The position numbers and the translations under genes are program-made. The notes under the pieces are model-generated. The model was not told where the DNA came from. It made no database searches and was given only the letters and a program-made list of their open reading frames with translations. Of a stretch of DNA of 64,000 nucleotides, positions 24,438 through 36,829 are shown piece by piece. This DNA is from Octopus vulgaris (Eukaryota): contig OX597824.1 of assembly GCA_951406725.2 (NCBI GenBank), positions 74,462,001 through 74,526,000 of the forward strand, written 5' to 3'. How positions within the stretch are numbered: position 1 is the first letter of the stretch; each line of letters begins with the position of its first letter.

Positions 24438-25332
24438 GTGGTCTGATCAATAAATATCCGGACTGTTGCCATAGTAATGAAACTAAATGACGCAGAGTGA
24501 AGTTGCTTAGCGCAGGTTGACCTTGAACTCTGCTGTGCATGCACATTAAGTTTTAACATTCTAGCTTACTTCTGAAGTTTACAGCACTGCTTGGAAGGAA
24601 GGTGTGTAGCATGTGATCATTGCATTGACCATGATAGAGAAAGTTGAGCTGAGAATCTGCATCAAATGTTGCCAAAAGCTTGGCAATACCTTCCCAGAGG
24701 CCTATGTAAAGTTTTCAAAAATTTTCCATCGTTCTTGTCACAATCAAGGAGATCTTGTGCAACTGAAACCCGAGTGTCGTTTTGGTCAGCTAAAAGCAGC
24801 TTTGGTACAAACTTAGCAGACACGCTTCTCATACCTAAATTGTTAGTGATAATGGACTGAACTGAACCAAAACTAATCTGCACATCCTCTGATAACACAC
24901 AGATGGTGATTCGATGATTTCTCCTCAAAGCTGCACGCACATCTGCAATGTTTTTCTCAGTTCTGCTGGTTATGGGTCTTCCAGAATGTTCGTCAATATC
25001 GACATTTTTTTGGCCATCTTAGAAACGTCTGAACCACTTGTTCACTTGTGTGCAGTTCATACACTCCCTTCCATACACTTTCTGCAACTTTGCACTGGAC
25101 TCTGAGCAGGTATCATCATGACGACTTTCTCTGTCATGTTCAAAGCAACGATCACACACTACACACGTTCCTTCCAAACACTGCTGTAAACAGCAGAAGT
25201 GAGCTAGGACGTTAAAACTTAGTGCACATGCACAGCAGAGTCCACGGTCAATCTCTGCCAAGTGGCTTTACTCTGTGTGTTTTAGCTTCATTACTATGGC
25301 AACAGTCCACATACTTATTGATCAAACTAACA
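24437..25332. mobile_element. Mariner-derived element with two 5' ends in inverted orientation
   Basis: 24437 to about 24640 and the reverse complement of about 25120-25332 both carry TIR, 5'UTR and transposase start; the minus strand encodes RITI..LSEDVQISFGSVQSII...LGMRSVSAKFVPKLL. Confidence 0.85.
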
Positions 25333-25415
<83 letters not shown>

Positions 25416-27379
25416 ACTAAAAAATATATATGGTTCAAAATGGTACAAAGACAAAACAAAAATACAAAAGGCAGAGACAGGCGAAGGAAGAATAAACAAG
25501 GTGTATTAGTTTGGTGCTGAGGAAAAATAGTAGTCTTTGATGTTTTGAGCCTATGCTCTTCTAAGGAAAGGAATGTGGATAGAAAACCGATGGAAAGAGG
25601 AAAAAAAAACAGAGAGCAAGAAAGAAAATGTGTCTGGATTAACAGTTGCAGATGTTGATCTGATCAGAAGGTAGAAACCTGTTGGAGATGAGAGTGACAG
25701 GGGAGACAACAGTAACATGGCTAGAGTGTCTGTGCGTAAGCATGTGCATGTGAGAATAATGTGTGCCTGTGTATGGGCAATCGCATGTGTATGTGTATGT
25801 TTGTGAGTAAAGAAGTACATGCATGTGTGTGGAGTGACATGTATTAATGTATAAAGAGAAAGAACAACTGACAAAGAAGCGTACAATGAAATTTCATACG
25901 TAAAAGGAATGGAAGATCATCATCATCATCGAATCTGATAATTCAGATACGTGGTAGCAGGGTGTGCTAGAAATAACAGCCAAATCTTGCAGGTGAGATA
26001 TGTTGAATGCACTCGGAAAAAATCTATGGAAAAAAATTATTTCACTCCAAGATACGAACGGGTCTTTTTCTTTTACGAAATATTTATCATATCTTTAAAG
26101 TCATTTTCACTTTATCAAAGAGAAGAAGAAAAGCAATAAGCAAATGGAAGTGAGAATCAGAAGTAAAAGTTAAAAAGTGTACAATACCCCCAAAAGATGT
26201 TTGTTCACGCAGTAGGTTCCAGAGAGAATGAAAGCAGAGAAGTGGAATAGAATGACCAGAAGTGGAAGCAGAATCTGAGATGCAATGAGATTAAATGGAT
26301 AAAGATGGAGTGAGAGTGAGAGAGTGAGAGAAAAAGAGAATAAGTTGAAAGAATGAGAAAGAGGGAGAGATGACAGAACGAGAGAGGAAGAAAAAAGAAT
26401 GAAAAGGGAGACAACTAGTGAGTGGGGGGAAGTAAGAGGGGTAATGGGGTGGGGGGGAGATATGAGTGTTTGTGTGTGGTGTAAGAGGGGTGCTTATGCA
26501 CATGGTATTTGTTTCAGAAGATATCATGTAAAAGTTCAGGATATGACCCACTAACCTATGGTATCATTTGGAAGCTAAAAGAATGTGAAATGCATGGTGA
26601 CCAGTGATGCATAATAACGTCCGATATCCTGGTTGATACTGTAATGTCTTATTATATGTTTCCTATCTTCATTTAAAAAAAGATGTTATGTGCCATTTCC
26701 TTCTCGAGCCACGCCTGACTCATAAGGACCGGTTTCCCCGGTTTCCTTGGCGTATATGTTCCCCACCTGGACAGGACAATGGTCCCTCGCAGGTGAGCTG
26801 CTAGATGCAGGAGGAAAGAGTGAGAGAAAATTGTGGTGAAAGAGTCAGCAGAAGTTCGCCATTACCTTCTGCCGGAGCTGTGTGGAGCTTAGGTGTTTCG
26901 CTCATAAACACACACATTGCCGGGTCTGAGATTCGAACCCACGATCCCTCAACCGCAAGTCCGCTGCTCTAATCACTAGGCTATGTGCCTCCATGTGGAG
27001 GTTAAGTGCCATTGGCCATTTTGAGTCTGAAGGGTCGTCCATACAGCTTAGCACTTTATAGGTGTGAAACAAATGGTCATTCTCTGACCAGCAATAACAA
27101 CTACTATGAATTAAGTTCTCCCTGAAATGTGAATACGAACGGAATAAAACAGGTTTTATGTAAATCAGACAAGTGGTTGCTGAGATATTAAGAGTTTCTG
27201 GGGTATAAATGCCCCCCAAACAGTGCATAATGGGAAAATATTCCAAAGGTAACTATCCTGAAAAGGAAGAAATTCTTACCTTTTGATTAGATACAGTCCC
27301 TTGATAGCAAAAAAATATGATTTGATTTTTACAGTAAATGTTTCTATTTTCGCTTTTGTTAAACACAATATTTTAATCA

Positions 27380-27796
27380 TTTACTCTTTACTCTTTTACT
27401 CTTTTACTTGTTTCAGTCATTTGACTGTGGCCATGCTGGAACACCACCTTTAGTTGAGCAAATCGACCCCAGGACTTATTCTTTGTAAGCCTAGTACTTA
27501 TTCTATCAGTCTCTTTTGCCGAACTGCTAAGTTACAGGGATGTAAACACACCTGCATCTGTTGTCAAGTGATGTTGGGGAGGTAAACACAGACATACAAA
27601 CACACACATCATATATATATTTACATATATACGACAGGCTTCTTTCAGTTTCCGTCTACCAAATCCACTCACAAGGCTTTGGTCAGCCCGAGGCTATAGA
27701 AGAAGACACTTGCCCAAGGTGCCATGCAGTAGAACTGAACTCAGAACCATGTGGTTGATAAGCAAGGTACTTACCACACAGCCACTCCTACACCTG
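27380..27796 (-). mobile_element. SINE family B copy
   Basis: Homologous to 6165-6619. Confidence 0.85.
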
Positions 27797-29329
27797 TGTG
27801 AAATAAGAAAACAACATGGAAACCTTGTGACAGTATGGCTTGATTACAGCAAAATAATTTGACTCCATTCCCATCTCATGACTACTGAAGTCAGTACATT
27901 TGTTAAAAGTGCTTGCTGCCTTAGCGACTGCCCTTTAAAAGGGTCATGTTTATGAATCTGGTCCACATATTCTCACTCCTGTAATCGAAAATGGCACTAT
28001 TGTCTCTGATATTGATTTCAAATTTTGGTACAAGGCCAGCAATTTCAGGGGAAGGTGTAAGTCAATTTCATCAACTCCAGTGTTCAACGGGTACTTATTT
28101 CACCAACCCCGAAAGGATGAAAGGCAAAGCTGACCTTTGTGGAATTTGAACTCAGGTCATTAAAATGGATGAAATGCCACTAAGCATTTTACCTGGTGTA
28201 CCAACTACTTTGCCAGCTTGCCACCTTGCTTTTGTCTCTGATATTATATTTCAGTGGGAAAATTCCATGGCAACAGGCAATTCTATGATTCTGTGTATTT
28301 TGTCCCTAAATTCAGTATCATTCCTTTTGCAGAAATCTTCTGGTTATGTCTTAGAGTCTCCAACTACTAATAGCCATAAACACCAATACTGGCTTTAAAT
28401 TTAGGCACAAGGCCAGCAATTGTGTGAAAGGGTACGAGTCAATTACATTGTCCCCACTGCTCAACTGGAACTTATTTTATTGACCCCAAAAGGATGAGAG
28501 GCCAAAGTCAACTTCAGTGGTATTTGAACTCAGAAAGTAAAGTAGGAAGAAATCCTGCTAAGCTCATTTTCCAATGCAATAATGATTCCACCAGCTTGTC
28601 ACCTTCAAGAGAGAAGCATTAATATTACCTGTAATTTCATCATCATCATTGTTTAATATCCACCTTCCATGCTGATATGGGTAGGATGGTTCGACAGGAG
28701 CCGACCAGGCAGAAGCCTGCACCAGACTTCTGTGATTGTTTTTGCTGGATTTTTTAGAGCTGGATGCCCTTCCTAAAATCAAATCTAAAGATCTATGTCT
28801 GAAATATTTACAAATCTGAAAAACAGCTGAACAACATTTTTCTCTGACATAGGAATGGAATTTGGCTAAAACAAATGGTCATATTTAATAGTTGAACATA
28901 GGAAACATTTTCCCCAACCCTAAAATCTTTATATCATAGGTCTCTCCCAAAACTAGTGCTCCAATTATCTAGATATTTATGGAAATATATCATGCAAGTA
29001 CAGTACTTAACGAGTACTATACTTGTTATATAGCATGCCTAGTGCCGCTGGACTGGCTCCTGTGCAGGTGGCATGTAAAAAGCACCATTTGGATGTGGCC
29101 GTTGCCAGTACCACCAAACTGGCCCTTGTGCCGGTGGCACGTAAAAGCACCCACTACACTCTTGGAGTGGTTGGCGTTAGGAAGGGCATCCAGCTGTAGA
29201 AACTCTGCCAGATCAGATTGGAGTCTGGTTCGCCAGACCTCAGTCAAATCGTCCAACCCTTGCTAGCATGGAAAGCAGACGTTAAATGATGATGATGATG
29301 ATGATGATGATTAGCAATTTTGTTGAGTA

Positions 29330-29800
29330 CAGACTTAAAGAGGCAGCAAGACAATAGCTCAAGAGAATGCTCCCACAATGCATTTGAGTACCACTATTAA
29401 TAACAACACTTGGGATACTTGACTGCTCTACAGAGGAAATGTTCCATAGACAATTAAACCCATAATATTGTGACATTAGCTGCAAATCTCTCTAGAAAAC
29501 GTGATAATGACAGACTTTGTCTCGAGAGAAAAGGAGGAAAAAGCTTAAGTTTAGTACAGGCACCCTTCAAGTGCCATATGATATCATTCAGGCAACATCT
29601 ACAAAGCAAAAGCAGTGAAAATAACAATATCATTCAAGTACTCAAAGATGAAGTAAATAACATCCCACAAACCGGTAACGAACTCTTCAAGAAATAGCCA
29701 CTTATTGATGATCTCAGATATGAGCCTAAAAGTGCAGGGCTCATATAGAATACTAAAGAACTAGAACAGTAACACTCTGCATACCAACAAGCACATTATA
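29330..29800 (+). pseudogene. Old non-LTR retrotransposon fragment (R4/Dong-like, post-RT region)
   Basis: DRLCLERKGGKSL resembles the RLYLPRKEGGRGL motif. Confidence 0.45.
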
Positions 29801-30236
29801 CAAATATAGACTGTAAGTGGAACAATAAATATATGCAAGACTTTTCTCAAATTCAAAATATGAATTTGTCTTAGTCATCTACATTCCAATAAGCTTTGTG
29901 TCTTTGTAATAAACCGATTTCTTCATTATAAGAAGACTTCAAATAATCATGAATGGAAGAGAACTTTCACACATGTATACATTCATGTATATACATACAT
30001 TTATGCATACATATATACTCTGGGGTCTTGAATAATTTGCGCCCTACCACCCATTAATTTTTAACCCGAAGTGTTAAGAAAAATATTTATCCACAATATA
30101 TAATAGCCAAAGTTCATGCAGGTGAACTTTCAACATTTTAGGGCATTGATAACCTTCAACCTTAAGAAAATCAATCATTTTGAGACACAACACACCTGCT
30201 TCAGAAGAAATAGAAAACAAGGAAATTGCTGTCAGA

Positions 30237-30652
30237 AGGCGGTGAGCTAGCAGAAACGTTAGCACACCGGGCGAAATGCTTAGTGGTATTTCGTCTGCCA
30301 CTACGTTCTGAGTTCAAATTCCGCTGAGGTCGACTTTGCCTTTCATCCTTTCGGGGTCGATTAAATAAGTACCAGTTACGCTCTGGGGTCAATATAATTG
30401 ACTTAATCCATTTGTCTGTCCTTGTTTGTCCCCTCTGTGTTTGGCCCCATGTGGGTAGTAAAGAAATAGGTATTTCGTCTGCCACTACGTTCTGAGTTCA
30501 AATTCCGCCGAGGTTGACTTTGCCTTTCATCCTTTTGGGGTCGATTAAATAAGTACCAGTTATGCCCTGGGGTCGATATAATCAACTTAATCTGTTTGTC
30601 TGTCCTTGTTTGTCCCCTCTGTGTGCAGCCCCTTGTGAGCAGTAAAGAAATA
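30237..30652 (+). mobile_element. SINE family A dimer
   Basis: Full unit followed by a headless unit, joined at AAAGAAATA-GGTATTTCG (about 30469). Confidence 0.9.
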
Positions 30653-31036
30653 AGAAAGCATGTTTCACAACCAGCCAGAGTTTACAAGAACTTGAGGCTG
30701 GACAACTGCCCCAGTTTGTAACATTTGCATGACTCTACTGCTACTCTACACTGTAGTCTACAAACTTTCATTTTCAATTTCTCTATGGTTTCTCTACTAA
30801 TCACCAACACAAATTCTACGCAAACTAAGAACTTCCATGATGAACTGTTTATCCTTAACAGGATGAGCTTTTTATGGAATAAGGATCTAACAACATCAAC
30901 ATGACTCAAGTAATTTCTCTTTGAACTTTTTTCATAACATCATGGCAGACGTATGGAAATTATTCTATAGAAAAAAGCAAGCATTTGCTATTGTGGTGAA
31001 TAAATAAATGCAAAGAGGAGGAGGATTCTGAATTAA

Positions 31037-31479
31037 CCCTTTCATTACCAACCTGACTGAAACCGGCTCTGGCTTTGTAATATAAATGTCTTATTTATAT
31101 AAGTTCTGAATTAAAATCTTCCTCCAGACCTTACTCACAATTCATGTTCCTAACACTAGCTTAACCCTTTTGTTACCAACCTGGTTGAAACTGGCTCTGG
31201 CTCTTTAGTATAAATGTCTTGTTTTCATAAGTTTTGAATTCAAATCTGCCACCAAATCTTAGTCACAATTTATGTTCCTAACACTAGGTTAATGATAACC
31301 ATGTTATTTTACTAAATTCTTCATTATATTTAAAATAATTGGAAGAAACACAGAGCATCTCAAAATAAATACAGTAACAAAAGGGTTAATGATAAGGTTA
31401 TTTTACTAAATTCTTTGTTATATTTAAAGTAATTGAAAGAAACACAGAGTATCTCAAAATAAGCACAGTAACAAAAGGG
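31037..31479. mobile_element. piggyBac MITE with a second copy (31165-31385) inserted in its internal TTAA
   Basis: Four TTAA-abutting CCCTTT/AAAGGG ends; removing the inner copy restores the sequence seen at 4594-4816. Confidence 0.9.
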
Positions 31480-31669
31480 TTAAAGTGAATGAAAGGAAAA
31501 ACTCATTGGGATGCTAAAAGGAAATGCCATGTCCCGGACATTTGTTTTCCTTGAAATTTAGTCTGTGTCAAAAACTCTTGTCAACTATTTGGTTCTGTTT
31601 TTAAAGCAGCCAAACGCTGCTACGAAAAATATCTGAAAGGTGAACTTAACAGTACTGAAAAAAATCCAA

Positions 31670-31795
31670 AGCAGCATTTCAGAGGTGCTGGAGGAGGTCG
31701 TAAAACAAAAGCACCAGGCGTGAGAGATGCCTTGTTTGAATGCTTTGTGGATGTTAGAACATCGTTTCATATGCGATTATCACAAACTCTTGTAA
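31670..31795 (+). pseudogene. pogo/CENP-B-like HTH transposase fragment
   Basis: FRGAGGGRKTKAPGVRDALFECFVDVR. Confidence 0.45.
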
Positions 31796-32073
31796 TTAAT
31801 TCTTCTGATTCTTCATGTGTACGGATAATTTTTTGTTCTTCAAATATTTAAAATTTGAATATTTTAAAAAATATTAAACTTTTTCTTATTTATTACGTTT
31901 TATATTGTTTTGTTGTAATTAAGAGACCATACATTAAAAAATGGGAAAGACTTCCTCCTGTCCCTAACCCCTGCCACTCATTTTCTTGCAATTTTTTTTT
32001 TTTTTGCTAAAAACACCCGTTTTCGGATATGACTTCCTCCTGTCCCTCCACTCATTTTCTTGCAATTTTTTTT

Positions 32074-32245
32074 TTTTTTCTAAAAACACCCGTTTTCGGA
32101 TATGGAGATTCCGGAGAATTGCCAAAAATTGGCATTTTGAAATTAGGGCGGTTGGGGTGGGGTAATTTCGAAATGCCAATTTTTGCCAATTTCTTTGCAG
32201 ATTCGTATTCTCCATAGCCGAAAACGGGCGTTTGTGTAGAAAAAA
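32074..32245. repeat. Palindromic element with a G-rich loop, preceded by a tandem duplication of about 80 bp (31949-32103)
   Basis: Arms 32074-32145 and 32163-32245 are complementary; loop gggcggttggggtgggg. Confidence 0.8.
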
Positions 32246-32534
32246 CTTAAATAGCGCAGGAGTGGCTGTTTGGTAAGTAGCTTGCTAACCAACCACATGG
32301 TTCCGGGTTCAGTCCCACTGCGTGGCATCTTGGGCAAGTGTCTTCTGCTATAGCCCCGGGTCGACCAATGCCTTGTCCAGCATGGCCGCAGTCAAATGAC
32401 TGAAACAAGTAAAAAGAGTAAAAAAAAAGAGTAAATAAAAAAAAGCGGTGTATTTTGGTGGTGTTCAACAGGAAGATTTGCCAAAAATGTAATCAAAAAT
32501 ACTTATATTTCCTAAATTATTGTGAAAAATGTAC

Positions 32535-32920
32535 GTGGCTGTGTGGTAAGTAGCTTGCTTCAAAACCACATGGTTCCGGGTTCAGTCCCACTGCGTAGCA
32601 CCTTGGGCAAGTATCTCCTACTATAGTCTCAGGCCGACCAAAGCCTTGTGAGTGGAATTGGTAGACGGAAACTGAAAGAAGCCCGTCGTATATATGTATA
32701 TACTTGTGTATCTGTGTTTGTCCCCCCCCCCCCCCAACATCGCTTGACAACCGATGCTGGAGTGTTCACGTCCCCGTAACTTAGCGGTTCGGCAAAACAG
32801 ACCGATAGAATAAGTACTAGGCTTACAAAGAATAAGTCCTGGGGTTCGATTTGCTCGACTAAAGGCGGTGCTCCAGCACGGCCGCAGTCAAAATGACTGA
32901 AACAAGTGAAAGAGTAAGAG
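32535..32920 (+). mobile_element. SINE family B copy (an internally deleted copy lies at 32273-32430)
   Basis: Homologous to the other family B copies. Confidence 0.85.
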
Positions 32921-33356
32921 ATGTACGAATAATTTTTGGTCTGACAGTATATATGTCTGTCTGCACGCGCGCATACACACGCTTTAAGTTCATAAGTCTG
33001 GACAGTCGAGCCGTCCAGTCAGCCAACCGAGCAGCCGGTCAGTTAAGGAAGGAGGAAGAAATACAGTCTACACAATACACTGTCTATATAATTAATTCAT
33101 TGATCCACGTCGTTGCTGTCCCACTCGGGGACATATTCTGCTGGAAGGAGACAGCGCCAGCAATAAGACTGCTTTCGCTAATACGGCTATGACAACAATA
33201 GCGGCAGCAGCCGTAAAGCCAAAACGCGGGAGGCTTCTTTTGCGGTCGGTCGATATGCTAGAAATAGCAGTCATACCGCCCTCTAACGCAGTGGTTTTCA
33301 ACCACTTTTTGCCTACAGACCCCTTTGTTTCCTTTTTCTCTGCTGGACTTTCTATG

Positions 33357-33606
33357 GGTACTACTTAAGAAGAGTGGTCCTGTGCGCGCACTCGTGTACT
33401 CGCGCATCCGCGCTAGCTAGTCGTGACCAGTCGATCCTTACTGTGTGTTTTTGTGTTTTATTTACTTTGTTTAAAAAAAATTATTTATTCTGTGTTTTAT
33501 TTACTTTGCTAGGTAGTCGTTGTAGGATCGACTAGTCACGACTAGCTAGCGCGAATGCGCGAGTACGAGAGTGAGCGCACCGGGACCACTCTTCTTAAGT
33601 AGTACC
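33357..33606. mobile_element. Merlin-like (or Mutator-like) MITE, 250 bp, with CpG-rich TIRs of about 85 bp
   Basis: TIR begins GGTACTACTTAAGAAGAGTGGTCC; perfect 9-bp TSD ctttctatg at 33348-33356 and 33607-33615. Confidence 0.85.
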
Positions 33607-33658
33607 CTTTCTATGTACATATATAAGAAAAACATCCTACTGTATTTTTATAATTAAA

Positions 33659-34052
33659 CTAGCAGTATCGCCCGGCGTTGCTCGGGTTTGTAAGGGAAAT
33701 AACTATATAAGCATTTTTAGAGAGTTATAGCCAAAAAATAGCAAAAAAATGCATTAAAAATGGAAAAAAATTATGGTAAATTTTTTTAAATCGTTGACTC
33801 ATCGTAGACATTTTTAGAGAGTTAATTCCCTTATATAATAGCGAAAAAATGCATTAAAATGGAAAAAATTATGGTAAATTATTTTAAAAATCGTAGACTC
33901 ATCGTAGACGCGCGCTAATACCCAGAAGGGCTCGATATGAATCACGACTATAAGATACCCGGTTTTGGTTAAACTGCACCGCAAAATGTGGGAGTAGTTA
34001 GGAATCTAAATCGTAGGAGACGGACACACAACTTCACTTTTATATATAAAGA
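33659..34052 (-). mobile_element. Non-autonomous Helitron
   Basis: A|TC...hairpin...CTAG|T on the minus strand; homologous to 5324-5830. Confidence 0.88.
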
Positions 34053-34228
34053 TATTATTAGAAATTGTATAAATAAAAATTAAAATTCTTTGTGTGTGAA
34101 GTATTATAAATTTATTGCACATAAATCTTAACAAGAAAATCTTAAATGTACCCTGGTTGTGAACCACTGCTAACCATACTTATCTAAGAGAGAGAGAGAG
34201 TGAGACAGAGGGGAAGAGAGAGCAAATG

Positions 34229-34614
34229 TCTCTCTATATATAAAGCTGAAGTTGTCTGTGTATGGCAGGTTTGGTAGCCTTCAACAAACACTATCTCCTC
34301 CGAGACCCTGCGGCGCAAGTTGACCAAAATTAAGAGTATGATAGAAGAAGGCTTGCTCTTCCTTCCGTAGAAGAAAAAAATTCAAATCGGACCATGTTAA
34401 CACCAAATGTAAATATTACATCAAAAAGGTGCTTTTTTTCTATGAAAATCCCTATTTTTTACGATTTTTCGACTGCTGTGTCGCCACTTTTCGGTGTATC
34501 TCAACCAGAAAAGTGTTCACTTAAAGAAAATAACGACCTACATAATGCAAAATGTTTACTTTTCAAAAATTCCAATTCTAAACAAACCCGAGCAACGCCG
34601 GGCGATACTGCTAG
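34229..34614 (+). mobile_element. Non-autonomous Helitron with a different internal sequence
   Basis: TC-(TA)-AAAG start; identical 32-bp hairpin-CTAG end. Confidence 0.8.
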
Positions 34615-34719
34615 TATAGGAAACACAGGAGTACATATACCGGCCAGATAGATCTCACTCAAACTACGTTTGGACATCTACAAAGGAAACAGAAAAAGAC
34701 AATGTGCATCACAAGATTA

Positions 34720-35231
34720 CCGTAAATCCTCGAGTATAGTCCGCCCTTGAGTATAATACGCAGGTTTTTTTTAGGGGTATGTACCTCTGAAAAACCTAAA
34801 CCTTGTGTATAATACGCACCCCTCCTCTAACTTGAGTCAAGGAGGTCTATATAACGTCCTTGGTTTGTAAAAATGTATACGGCAACGTCCTTTATCATTA
34901 TTGTATATATAACATAATGCAAACGTGTAGCTTTTTTGTGAATTTTGTTTGCAGAAAATAAAGAAATAACAGTAATAACGTTTAATAAATGTTGCTTACT
35001 GCAAGTTATGGATGATTCTTTTGTGACTTCATTGCTTTCAGGCTTAGCTTAAGGTATTTTCACGCCAGACATCACAAAATGTGTCTGAATAAACATTGCC
35101 GGACAACAAATAGAGACTCGGACATTGCTTAGAAAATAATTTTCATTTTTAATCTCGTATATAGTACGCACTAGGGATTTTGACCTATAAATTTTGGGAA
35201 AAACATGCGGATTATACTCGAGGATTTACGG
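34720..35231. mobile_element. Tc2/pogo-like MITE (512 bp)
   Basis: TA|CCGTAAATCCTCGAGTATA.TCCGC ... GCGGATTATACTCGAGGATTTACGG|TA. Confidence 0.85.
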
Positions 35232-35484
35232 TATATCAAAGTGGTCGCTCGGTTTGCTAAAAATAGCTGCCAAATAAATCTCCACTTAATGATTAAAAAA
35301 TAAAGGAAGGGTATATGAACCCACGAGGGAAGTTGCTTTGTAGTCACTCGACCAACTAGAAGAGATAGCCAATTATCACTCGAATCCTTACCGTCTTAAA
35401 GAATAGATAAATAAAAAGGATGTGTTGGATAATATCATCCTGGGTTTCCTGCAAATGAGATGGTCGCGAATGGAATGCTTTCAT

Positions 35485-35743
35485 CAGCTGTCCCCAACAT
35501 TTTTTGTACCACGGACCGGTTTCATTCCAGACGTTTTCTCCACGGACCAGGGGATAATGTGCTTAACACAACACAATAACATGTATAATATATAATTTGA
35601 TTATTACATATACAATACATATATAATGCAAAAACTTGTATATTCTGATAGTCATTAAAATATAGAAATGAAATGGCAAAAATTTATTCTCTCCGCGCGG
35701 CCCGGTACCAAATGATTCATGGACCGGTGGCTTGGGTCGCCTG
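35485..35743. mobile_element. hAT MITE resembling MER1/Charlie3
   Basis: CAGCTGTCCCCAACATTTTTTGTACCACGGACCGGTTTCA start; GGCCCGGTACC..GGACCGGT..TTGGGTCGCCTG end; degenerate TSD gctttcat / tctttgat. Confidence 0.75.
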
Positions 35744-36150
35744 TCTTTGATCAAGGGTTGACCTAAGAATAAAGGTTAACATCGAGGTTGACCTAAGAAT
35801 AAAGGTTGACATACAACAAACAGTATCAACAGGATCGTGGATTTGTCTTTCATAGATGACGCCATTCTCTTGACCATTCCTTGACACACTCCTCCATCGG
35901 GATGTCATTTCCTCTCTACTTCTCTTTCTCTTTCTCTCTGTCGTTTCCGCTCCGTTCTTCTCTCTTTTTGTCTGTCTGTCTGTCTGTCACTCTCTCTCTC
36001 ACTCGAAGTCTTTTTCAGTACATTCTGATCTGTGTCATTGAAAACATTCCCGTTAGTTCCGTTACTTGATTGCTGGGGACTGAGTAAGAACTTTGTAGGA
36101 TAGGTAGGTAACACTTGAAGCATTGATGAAAATATATGAATGCATCTTCA

Positions 36151-36212
<62 letters not shown>

Positions 36213-36557
36213 GCACACACATACAAACACATGTATTAAAATAAATGAACACACACAAGCAGGAGCACGCGCACCTAGAGAGGCCTCTAAATCGGGCATA
36301 GGCAACAATTTTTGGAAAGTGGGTCGCATGAGACTTGGCTCATCATTAATCGGTCCGCAACTTCTAAAAAGTCTTAAATTTTCGTCCGGCGGGACGCACT
36401 GTGCTCCTAACTGTACTAACGACTGCTCTAAGTGATCGATCACCTTGCTAGAAATACCAACCAAACCACTCTCAAAATGTACTTGGGATCTTTTCCGTTT
36501 AGCTTTCACTTTTCAATTCCTTTATTTTTTGATTATTTACATTATTTACATTCAGTT

Positions 36558-36600
36558 CCACAACGTTTCGGCTGATATACCCTCCAGCCTTCTTCGGGTG
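36558..36600 (-). ncRNA. Minimal hammerhead-like motif (mutated core) upstream of and antisense to the Penelope RT
   Basis: Minus strand: cac|CCGAAGA|A|GGCTG..CAGCC|GAAAC|GTT|gtg. Confidence 0.6.
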
Positions 36601-36661
36601 TCTTGGGTTCTCATCCCTAAGGTATTTTTCGATATTATTATTATTATTATCATTATCATCA

Positions 36662-36718
<57 letters not shown>

Positions 36719-36829
36719 TCACTGCTTGGAATCTTGGGGTTAATAGCCCACACTCTTAACCGCTATGCCATATATCGTTTTAAATCTAATATTTTTCTAT
36801 CCTTTGTTAATACCAGTTCCCATATGCTG

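Larger units (their letters stand above)
33289..34169. mobile_element. hAT-type MITE hosting two younger insertions
   Basis: CAGTGGTTTTCAACC ... GGTTGTGAACCACTG termini; TSD not clean. Confidence 0.7.

Noticed and set aside
30682-30960. Possible host exon
   Set aside because: No recognisable domain or convincing splice sites
35830-35900. Possible start exon on the minus strand (GAGAATGGCGTC)
   Set aside because: Only a short ATG context, with no supporting ORF or donor site
36258-36410. Short element with AGGAGCAC/GTGCTCCT inverted ends
   Set aside because: Only an 8-bp match, no TSD and no second copy in the window
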